64,000 nt of DNA, taken from NCBI RefSeq assembly GCF_006345805.1, contig NW_021832272.1:8746-72745 (forward strand), given 5' to 3'. The notes below the pieces were generated by a model. That model had not been told where the DNA came from. It saw only the letters and a list, made by a program, of their open reading frames with translations, and ran no database searches. A program made the translations under genes and the position numbers. Position 1 is the first letter of the stretch. Every line of letters begins with the position of its first letter. Below are positions 52,996-64,000 of this stretch, one piece after another. This DNA is from Octopus sinensis (lineage: Eukaryota).

Positions 52996-53410
52996 CGTCG
53001 TCATCATCATCATCATCGTCGTCGTCGTCGTCGTCATCATCATCATCATCGTCGTCGTCGTCATCATCATCATCGTCGTCATCATCATCATCACCACCGT
53101 CATCATCATCATCGTCGTCGTCATCATCATCACCGTCATCATCATCGTCGTCGTCGTCGTCATCATCCTCATGGTCGTCGTCATCATCATCACCGTCATC
53201 ATCATCATCGTCGTCGTCATCATCATCATCATCATCGTCGTCGTCATCATCATCACCGTCATCATCATCATCGTCGTCGTCATCATCATCATCATCATCG
53301 TCGTCATCATCATCACCGTCATCATCATCATCGTCGTCGTCATCATCATCATCATCATCGTCGTCATCATCATCGTCGTCGTCATCGTCGTCATCATCAT
53401 CATCATCCAA
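52850..53410. repeat. (CAT/CGT)n compound array with higher-order periodicity
   Basis: Recurrent caccgtcatcatcatcatcgtcgtcgtcat blocks. Confidence 0.95.
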
Positions 53411-54420
53411 GATCTGCCTCAAAACACGTGCCCTCCCCAATTTAGGTTTCCCGATTCACAGATCTATTTTCAAGGCAGTGCCATCCATCCACTGTCGCCA
53501 TTTTTGCCCCTTTCATCCTCCTTTCAATACATTCACTCGGTGGCAGCGCCTCCCTCGGCACCCTCACATTCCCTCTCCGGTGAAACTCGAAAAGGTCGAT
53601 GAAGGATCTACCGAAGAGAAAACCTTTCAACCTCGTCCACCACACAAACTCTTTTGCCCGATCTACCAGACAAAGGAAAGCTGTTTTCCTAACCCCGGTC
53701 AATTGAGAGCGATAGAGCAATCATCGCTATGGATTCGACCGGTAGCCGGATCCATCCTACACACAACACCAGCAGCAGTTCGACATTACTCTACAAGTCA
53801 GCAATGCTCGAACACTGAACGAACGAGCGCAGAATAGTTTCATCGTTTGCGTAGCTCTAGGATAGACTCGTCTAACCGCACTTCCATTCCTGTGAAGTTC
53901 ATCTAGAACACGTATCGCCCCTACGTAGCACCTCTGATCCAAGTTCCCCTGAAAATTTTCCATGGTAATTTTCCAGATTAGCCAGTTCGTTTTCGTCGAC
54001 GCCTAATCTCCCTGAAAACGTCACCAATCTTCCTTGCCACTGATTTTCAAAAGTTTGCTAGAGGGGAGCATCTACCGATCCCGTTGCTCGTATGGTAGAG
54101 GACGGTAAGCACCTGACATTCTAGGTACCATGTGTCGATTGCTCAGCCTCAGATTTGTTTCATTCAGGACTGCAGCATCGTCAAGAAGACGAACTGCGTT
54201 CAGACATTCCTCATCATCTAGGAATCTTTGCAGAAGATGTATTCTCAGTGTGTGACTGCATTTCAGCAGCCACGGCATGCCTAAGCGACCATGTCAATAG
54301 TGTTGGCAGCAGGTGGACCACCTAACCAGTGGAATGTGTCATCGTCGCATAATAATGAGGAGCAGACACTCCAATCTGATTAGGTGTTAAATGGGATAAG
54401 GTTTAACAGTTCCGTCAGTT
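53410..54420 (-). pseudogene. Tx1/L1-like LINE remnant, same family as 50.0-50.8 kb
   Basis: GMPWLLKCSHTLRI..; AFLCLVDRAKEFVWWTRLKG. Confidence 0.5.
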
Positions 54421-54699
54421 CAGCTCCTTGCAATGGTAATTTCATTATCTACTTCGAAAATGAAAAACAAAGGCAAAGTTAATTTCAGTGGGATTCCATG
54501 TCATATCCAAATACGTCAAAGTATTTTGTCTGAGCCTTTAACAACACGGCAAATTCGTGCCAGCCTTCTTCCAACTACTTATTGGAGAGGATATAGAAAA
54601 ATCATCCTCCGTTTGATGAAGATCAGAAACATGTCATTTTTCTGCTCGCCTTTCCTCTGATAAATTCGTCGAGCAAGGAAGTACTACCTTCTGTAACAT

Positions 54700-55289
54700 A
54701 TCTCGTCCACAGCCTCTCATCATCATCATCGTCGTCGTCGTTTTCATCATCGTCGTCATCGTCATCATCATCGTCATCATCGTCATCGTCATCATCGTCG
54801 ACATCGTCATCATCATCGTCATCTTCATCATCGCCACCATCATCGTCATCATCATCGTCATCTTCATCATCATCATCATCATCGTCATCATCATTGTCAT
54901 CATCACCATCTTCATCATCTTCATCATCGTCATCACCATAATTGATATTATTCAAGATCTTTATAGTTTTTGCTGGTTTTGCCAGTAATTTGATCTCATC
55001 TGGGTATTGTGTGTAAAGAAACTGCATAGAAAGAGTGATCGGGCTTGGGGGTCGTGTAGTGAGGGTAGTGGTGATGGGGATGATCATGATGATGGTCGTG
55101 GCGCTGGCAGCGGTGGCAAAATGACCGACAGAACATTGATTAATGGCGGACAGATGCCGTATTTCACGTGTTGATATGGATATGCAATGATGATGATGAC
55201 TACGACGACGGCAGCGGCGACAACAATGATGACGATGAAAGCGATGACAGATAAGATGATGGCGACGACGACGATTATGATGATGATGG

Positions 55290-55333
<44 letters not shown>

Positions 55334-55375
55334 GTGATGATAATGGTGATGATGATGATGATGATGATGATGCAC
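54700..55375. repeat. (CAT)n and (GAT)n arrays
   Basis: Direct inspection. Confidence 0.9.
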
Positions 55376-56114
55376 ACAGATTTAATTAGAAATACATCGT
55401 CGTCGATGTTGGCGTGGTTACGTCCTCGTAACTTAACGGTTCGGCCAAAGAGATCGATAGAATAAGTACTAGGAATAAGTCCTGGGGGCGATTTGTTCGA
55501 GTAAAGGTGGTGTCGAAGGCATGGCCGCAGTCAAAATGACTGAAACAAATAAAAGAATATATATACATATTTTCTCTTTTACATGTTTCAATCATTGGAC
55601 TGCGGCCTTGCTGGAGCACCGCCTTGAAGGTCTTTTTGTTTTTTAAAGTGTTGTACTTATTCTATGAGCTTTTTTTAATGCTGAACCGTTGGGGTGTGGG
55701 AACCAACATAGACCAACATTGGTTGTTAAGCAGTGGTGGCCACACACACACACCACACACATGCATGTTTGAGTGTGTGCTTATTGACAGTTAGGTAGAT
55801 ATGTGCATACTTCTGCAGATTTTATGTAAACTATTTTCACTCATAAATTCTAATGCTCTATGAGTTATGCCCCTATATGAGCTCTTTAATTACTGTGCTT
55901 TCTTCTACCATTCAAAAGCGATTCTACTCAGCGAAAATATGTAAATTTCGAAGTGAAACATTAGTTTCATTGTCTTTGCCTTTTTAGTATCATTAATTGA
56001 ATCACATACGCCTCCGTAAGATTCTTTGCTGAGACGAAACTTCCCAGTCACTGTGCAGAAAAGTACTTTCATTTTCTTCTCTCAATATTTGTATCTATAT
56101 AGTCATAAAGTGAA

Positions 56115-56449
56115 AGCGCATGGCTCAGTGGTTAGAGCGTCGAGCTTACGATCGTGAGGTTGTGAGTTCGAATCCCAGACCGGGCTGCGTGTTGTGTTCT
56201 TGAGCAAGACACTTTATTTCATGTTGCTCTAGTTCACTCAGCTGTAGAAATGAGTTGCGACGTCACTGGTGCCAAGCTGTATCGGCCCCTTTGCCTTTCC
56301 CTTGGACAACATCGGTGACGTGGAGAGGGGAGGCCGGTATGCATGGGTGACTGCTGATCTTCGATAAACGACCTTGGCCCGACTTGTGTCTCGGAAGGTA
56401 ACTTTCTAGGTGCAATCCCATGGTCAGTTATGACCGAAGGGAGTCTCAG
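56115..56449 (+). mobile_element. SINE family D, full length
   Basis: tggctcagtggttagagc (A box), gagttcgaatccc (B box), CORE-like cttgagcaagacact. Confidence 0.85.
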
Positions 56450-56889
56450 CATACAGTCATACATACATACATACATACATACATACATACATACATACAT
56501 ACATACATACATACACATATTGTACACATGCATTGAGGTATTTTTCTCAAGGTTGCCATATCTAGTGTCGTATCATCATCATCATCAGCATCATTCATCA
56601 TCACCATTTGACATCTGGGCCGGACAGTTCAACTGGAGCCAGTGACCCAGTGGACTGCCCCAAGCTCCAGTGTTTGCTTTGGCATGGTTTCTGATTAAGG
56701 TAAATCATTCTTGTCATTGCTACCTCTTTCATTGTATACCCAGGACACATTGTTTCTAAGATTATAGAGCAGATTTGGCTGCTATTTCCAGCAAATTGAG
56801 TGACCATGAAGACACTTCCTCATTTGCTCACTTTATTTATAATATAGAGCCAGATGAGATTTTGATTTTTTTCTCCCTTATAAATATCC

Positions 56890-57310
56890 TTTCTACTACA
56901 GGCACAAGGCCTGTAGCTTTTTTTTTTTTTTTGGCGGTGAGGAACTAGTTGATTATATTAACACCAGTATGCAACTGGTACTTATTTCATCGACCCTGAA
57001 AGGATGGAAGGCAAAGTCAACCTTGACAGAATTTGAACTCAGAACCTAATGAAAGACAAAATGGCGGCAAGCATTTTGCCCAGTGTGCTAACGACTCTGC
57101 CAGCTTCCTGCCTTTAGTTTCAGATTTTGACACAAGGCCAGCAATTTTGAGCGAGTGGGGAAGTTGATTACATCGACCCCCAATATGCAACTGGTACTTG
57201 TTTTATCGATTCTGAAAAGATGAAAAGTAAAGTCGACCTCGGTGGAATTTGAACTCGGAACATAAAGATGGACAAAATGCTGCTTACCATTCTGCCAGCT
57301 CGCCGCCTTT
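56890..57310 (-). mobile_element. Two older SINE B copies
   Basis: Two reversed Meta-like domains. Confidence 0.8.
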
Positions 57311-57449
57311 CTCCCTCTTTGGTTTCGTAAACGTCAATATTCTTCAGAGTCTCTTGAAGTTAATAAATAAATAAAAGCTTATTTAGAGGACTTTTACCTT
57401 TGTTGGTCCATGAAGAGATATACAGATTTGCACGTCCATTCTACAAATC

Positions 57450-58352
57450 ACACACACACATACACACAGAGGCTCATATACACATACACCACAGGCTCAT
57501 ACACACACACATACTATTTACCTCATATGTATATATACAAACACATACATCCATTTCTTCACACACATTTTGTTACACACACATTTTCTTTCTCTCTCCC
57601 TCTCATACACACACTCACATACCAGTGCACACATACACGCATACATACGTATACCTTGTCTCGTATAAATTTTCGCGCACTCTCCTTCACACACACACTC
57701 ACACACACACACACATACGCACACATTCTTTGTCTCATATAGATGCTCACTCCCTCACACACACACACACACACACACCTACAAGCACAAATACATTCGT
57801 CTATAAACACACCTACACACCTACATGCATAAATCTACAAATACATACACACACACACACACACCAACAAACACACACTCACAAGTATCATGCCCATGCA
57901 CATACACAAATCCATACAGACACATACAACTACACACACACACAAGCACACACACCCACAACCACAAACCACACACACCACCACACCACGCACAAACACA
58001 CACACACAACACACACACACCACAAACACACACACCACACGCACACACCGCCAAACACACACACAAACGCACACACACGCACACAAACACACACACACAC
58101 ACACACAACACACACACCACACACCACACACACGCACAACACACACACACACACACCACACACGCACACACACACAACACACACACACACACACACACTC
58201 CACACACACACGCACACACCACGCACAACACACGCACAAACCACACACACACACACACACCCACGCCAAACACACACACACACACACACACCACACGCAC
58301 ACAACACGCACAAACCACGCACACACACACACACACGCACGCACACACACAC

Positions 58353-58389
<37 letters not shown>

Positions 58390-58526
58390 ACAACACACGC
58401 ACACACACACACCACACACACACAGCACACACACACACAAACCACACACACACACACACACACACCACCACAACACGCACAAACACACGCACACCACACA
58501 CACGCACACACACGCACAAACACACG

Positions 58527-58558
<32 letters not shown>

Positions 58559-59460
58559 CACACGCACACACACACACAAACAGCTCACCTCACATAAATC
58601 ACTGTGAGAATTCAATCTTGTTTTCTGTTTATTTTTTTCTCTCTTTTATTTCTGTTCTTTGTTTTTCTTTTCTTTTCTGTTTTTTTTTTTCAACTGAAGT
58701 TGAAATATATTAACAGAATTAATGTCTTAAAGGAAAATATATATTTTTTTATGTAATAGATTTGAAGTTAATGTTGAGAAAAAATGGGGTAGGAGGGGTA
58801 GGAGGAGTAGGGGTATGAGCTTGAGGAGGAGGAGGAGCACGAAAGAGAATGAAGATGAGGATGAAGAACGGGAAGGAAGAGGAAGGCAGGATCGAAGATG
58901 ACGAAGAAAAAGAAAAGGGGGGTGGAGGAGGGGAACAAAAAAGAAGAAACGAAAAGGAGAGAGAAGAAGAAGAAAGTGAAGAAGAAGAAGTAGAAGAAGG
59001 ATTAATTAAAGGAGAAGATGAAGAATAAGGAGATAAATTATAATGAAGAAAATGGAAGAAAAAACCAAAAAAGAAGATGGTAAGGAATCAGAAAACACCA
59101 AAAATAGGTAAAAAAAAATGCCAACAACAACAACAACAACAACAACACAACAAACAAGTAAAGTTCTTTAGCCCGTTCTTACACCCCTTACAAATCTACC
59201 CCAAACCAACAGGGCGGCTAAATAAAATCCCATAATTCTGTAAGTGAAACCTTTATATTACGTTAGACAATACCAGAGTCGAGTGTCACTGTGACAGCAT
59301 TTCATTTTGACGGTGATGTAACCAACACTTGGAAATATTAAATGAATACGTACATGCACGCGCATGCACACACACGCATACACATACATATATATATATA
59401 TATATGTGTGTGTGTATATATATATATGTATGTATATATGTGTATATATATGTATGTATG

Positions 59461-59491
<31 letters not shown>

Positions 59492-59698
59492 ATATATATA
59501 TACATATATATATATACATATATATGTATATATATATATATACATATATATATATACATACACACATATATATGTATAAATATACATGTGTACCTATGTG
59601 AGCATACCTATATATCTAGTTTATACACACAGATACACCCCCACAAATATATACACACAGATTATTAGCATATGCATATATATATATATTATATATAT

Positions 59699-59739
<41 letters not shown>

Positions 59740-60026
59740 GTATATCTATATGTATATGTATATGTATATATATATGTATATATATACATTTATATGTATA
59801 TATATATATCATCACATCACCATCATCATCATATATATATATATTCACATACCACAACACAATCATATAATGTATACATATATACATACATACATACATG
59901 CATACATACATACATACATACATACAAACATACATACATACATACATATATACATACATACATACAATATACACTCGACACATATACATATGCATATACT
60001 ATCTATATAAAATGATATATATATCT

Positions 60027-60065
<39 letters not shown>

Positions 60066-60292
60066 TGAAGATAGAGAGGTTTGCATCATACACATATACA
60101 CAAATAAGAAATATACATCCATGCTCAAATGCATGCATACACACACACTGTCACATATGCATTAATGTTCAAACATGCAAACATACCTTCATGTTAGTGA
60201 CCGACTTGAATTCTGCATAAAAACATCAGCTGAATGAATCTTGAAGAAACACATGTATACACACAAGCATGCATATATATATATAATATAAT

Positions 60293-60344
<52 letters not shown>

Positions 60345-60354
60345 TATAGTAAGG

Positions 60355-60386
<32 letters not shown>

Positions 60387-60484
60387 ATGTATATATGTGT
60401 ATATGTATGTGTTTATGTATGTATGTGTGTATATATATATATTGTCTGTGTTGTATATATATCTAATATATATATAATATATAG

Positions 60485-60515
<31 letters not shown>

Positions 60516-60669
60516 TATATATATACATACCATATATATAGATGCACATATCTATATGCTTTGTATGTATATAGGGGCATTCTTATATGCATGCATAACA
60601 TACATATATATATGTATTCATAATACTTGTATGCAAGCATACATATATACATGCATACACACTACATAA

Positions 60670-60722
<53 letters not shown>

Positions 60723-60910
60723 TATATATGTATGTGTGTGTCTATATGTATGCTCACAAACACACACGTTCATGTGTATATGTACCTCATGCATATATAC
60801 GTATTTATGCACAGACAACTATTAGATAATACACACACACACACACACACACACACTATTAGATAATATACACACACACACACACACACACACTCACGCA
60901 CACACACACG
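57450..60910. repeat. Long (CA)n and (TA)n degenerate microsatellites with a polypurine tract (58790-59110)
   Basis: Direct inspection. Confidence 0.9.
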
Positions 60911-61679
60911 TGTGTATGTATAATTCTACATAGACACCCACTTACACTTCATCTGTCTGTGTGTCTGTCTGTGTCTCTATCTCTGTCTGTCTGTCTGTCT
61001 CTCGCATACACACAGCAAACACCCCTCATTCTTCTTGCATGTGCACATAGCTGTTGTGTGAGATTAAGAAGTTTTCTTTTACAGCCTTCTGGTTCCAAGT
61101 TCAATCACATTAATGGCTAAATTCCAAAAGAGAATCCTACCATAGTTTGGGGGTGACCATCACCTTGCAGAAAACCTACCTAACAGCAACCACTCTAACA
61201 CCATGGATGCCCTTCCTAACACCAACCACTCTACATATATTCGTGTGTATGCATATATGCAACATCAGAGTGGTTGGTGTTAGGAAGGGCATCCAGCCGT
61301 AAAAATCCCGCCAAAACAGTTACAGTTGCCTAGGGTAGTTTTTCTATGTGGCCAGCTCCTGTAACCTGTCCTACCCATGCATGCATGGAATATGGACGTT
61401 AAATGATGATGATGATGATATATTGTTCTGGTGTTATAATGGCATGCTTCATGTATTCTCTTTTTTGTGGTTTGGGTTTTAACTGGCCTTTTTAGCATGT
61501 AAGGAGTCCTGTCAATGATCTCCTCTTTCCGTATAAGAATATTTTATACAGTCTTATATTTCTTAAAATATGTTACATCTTATGACCTATTTATGAATGC
61601 TAAACACTGGTAATAAATTATGTTAATGAAATCACAGCTGTAGCCTACACCAGTATCACATAACCAGCCCATTTAAAAA

Positions 61680-62075
61680 GTACCTTTGAATTGTTGGGCG
61701 ACATTCTGTGCTTGAGGAGACCTATTGAGTCGAGTAAAATCAAAAATCAACATCAAATCAAATCACAATCAAATGGAAATTGTAATTGTGGCTGATGTCA
61801 GTTCCACCTGACTGACTACCTGTGCTGGTGGCATGTAAAAAGCACCACCTGAATTTGGTCGATGCCAGCTCCCTCACCCCGACTGGCTCCTCTGCCAGTG
61901 GCATGTAAAAAGCACCCACTACACTCTCGGAGTGGTTGGCGTTAGGAAGGGCATCCAGCTGTAGAAACTCTGCCAGATCAGATTGGAGCCTGGTACAGTC
62001 TACTGGCTTGCCAGTCCCCAGTCAAACCGTCCAACCCATGCCAGCATCGAAAATTAAACAATGGTGATGATGATG
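61680..62075 (+). mobile_element. RTE-type LINE 3' end with (GAT)n tail
   Basis: ctgtgcttgaggagacc ORF-end-like motif, duplicated ggcatgtaaaaagcacc, ggcgttaggaagggcatccagctgtagaaac. Confidence 0.7.
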
Positions 62076-62598
62076 TATTTGTGTGTGCGTGTGTATGTAT
62101 GTATGTATGTATGTATGTATGTATGTATGTGTCTGTGTGTATGTGTGTGTGTATGTATGTATGTATGATTATTGTAAACGAGTGTCACCCTCATACAAGT
62201 GGTGTCCTCTGTTCCTTTCCAGACATCTGTGGAATCACGTCCAGCTATGAAGAAATGTTACCTTACTCGGTAACAGGTGAAGGTTAGCTTCAGGAATGGC
62301 ATCCAATTGTAGGAAGTCTTCCTCAACCAAATTCTTTCTGATCCATGCAAGCATGGAAACATTGGCGTTAAAGTGACAATCATGACATGTATACACACAC
62401 ACACACACACATGCTCACACACACACGCACGCACACACACGCACACACACATGCACACACACACACACACGCACGCGCACACACACACACACATGCACAC
62501 ACACACACACACGCACACGCACGCACGCACACACACACGCACGTACACACACACACACGCACGTACACATGCACACACACGCACACACACACACACAT

Positions 62599-62643
<45 letters not shown>

Positions 62644-63057
62644 TATATAGAAAACCGGACCCGTTGAAGTCTAAGGTGATCCTCACAGTTGGAGATTACC
62701 AGCTTCTTAAATGTAACTGGTTCCTTCTTTTTCAGGATGGAGAAAGAGTTGAAAAGCTCAGGTGGGGTTGCATGAAATGTAACCGAGAGAAGGAAAGGGC
62801 ACTCAAGGGTTAAGTTGTGGTTAGATGTATGAGATAGTCTAGGAGAATGCACAGCCTGTTCCTCAGCACAGGGCTCAGTATGGCTAGGGGGTGTCTTTGA
62901 CGAATTTGCTGGGGTTGCTCCCCAGCAAAAATGAAAAAAAAGATAAAATGGAAAACAATCCCCTTGAATCTGACAAAATCCCTACTCCTGAGAATGCTGG
63001 AACAGCCTTGTTTTTGCTAAGCAAAATTTCTCTTGGATGCGATGTAGGAAGCCCAGG

Positions 63058-63360
63058 ACATCATCATCATCATCATCGTCATCATCAACACCATCATCAC
63101 CACCACTACCACCACCACCACCACCACCACCATCATCACCACCACCATCATCATCATCATCATCATCATCACCACCACCACCACCACCACCACCACCACA
63201 TCATTATCATCATCATCATCATCATCATCATCACCATCATCACCACCATCATCATCATCATCACCACCACTACCACCACCACCACCACCACCACCACCAC
63301 CACCACCACCACCACCACCATCATCACCACCATCATCATCATCATCATCATCAACAAGAG
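63058..63360. repeat. (CAT/CAC)n array
   Basis: Direct inspection. Confidence 0.95.
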
Positions 63361-63924
63361 TAACAGTGGTGGGTTGGATGAAGGGCCTTTGTCAAACAGC
63401 TCAAGGTGGCACAGCTCACGAACAGATAGATGTATGGTGCATCAGAATAATAAACACAAGCCCTTTTTATACGACAAGAAGTGCATCCCCACCCACCTCT
63501 ATCCTCTGTGACCTGTACTTGTTGACTTCATGACGCTGATCCTGGCTTTGCAACCAGCTTCCTGGTGTCAGCAGGACCCATTTTCACACACACACACACA
63601 CACACACACACCACTTTTGGGATTCATAATAGTTTCTGTCTACCAAATCCATTCACAAGGTATATCAGTTGGCCCAGGACTGTAGTAGAAGACATTTAGC
63701 CGAAGTACCGTGACGTGAGACTGAACCTGAAGCCACATGGTTGCAAAGTGAACTTGTTAACTACACAGCCATGAATGGCAGAACCACAAAGTGACTCAGT
63801 GACTGAGAGTTTCCTATAAAGCACCTACGTGCCTGTCTGTCTGCCTGTCTCTATCTCTATATCTGTCTGTGTGTCTATCAGTCATTCTGTTTATCTCTCT
63901 CTCTCTCTCTCTCTCTCATCTATC

Positions 63925-63955
<31 letters not shown>

Positions 63956-64000
63956 CTAAAGAAATATAACATGTGTCTTCATTGACCGAGGTTACCGTGG

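Noticed and set aside
58795-58815. G-quadruplex
   Set aside because: Only three G4 runs are present.
62650-63540. Non-repetitive ORF flanks (ENNPLESDKIPTPEN…) as a host gene
   Set aside because: No recognisable domain; more likely old LINE debris joined by a triplet array.

Overview
Eukaryotic, extremely repeat-rich animal DNA. The SINE families, LINE mix and microsatellite load suggest an octopus/coleoid cephalopod (inference). Most long ORFs in the track are artefacts of (TA)n, (CA)n, (TATG)n and triplet arrays, and many start at GTG/TTG. One clear host gene is present: a LAP1/LULL1 (TOR1AIP)-like type II membrane protein at 4529-5476 (+). It has a probable upstream exon at 2134-2216 and appears to lack the torsin-activating arginine finger. 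The rest is layered mobile DNA: at least four tRNA-derived SINE heads with exchangeable tails, decayed Penelope-like (PLE), RTE, CR1, R4-like and Tx1/L1-like retrotransposons, a non-autonomous Helitron and MITEs. The most interesting signal is a set of type I hammerhead ribozyme folds invisible in the ORF track. Two have canonical cores (8197-8260 minus, inside a ~274-bp-arm palindrome; 15765-15830 plus, next to a PLE GIY-YIG remnant). A family of ~200-bp non-coding elements (12.2, 28.4, 40.2 kb, with a sister at 16.0 kb) also conserves the fold with compensatory helix changes, consistent with PLE pLTR-derived, retrozyme-like elements sitting at (TA)n tracts. All family assignments come from motif recognition by eye; no searches were run. 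Repeat boundaries are approximate.
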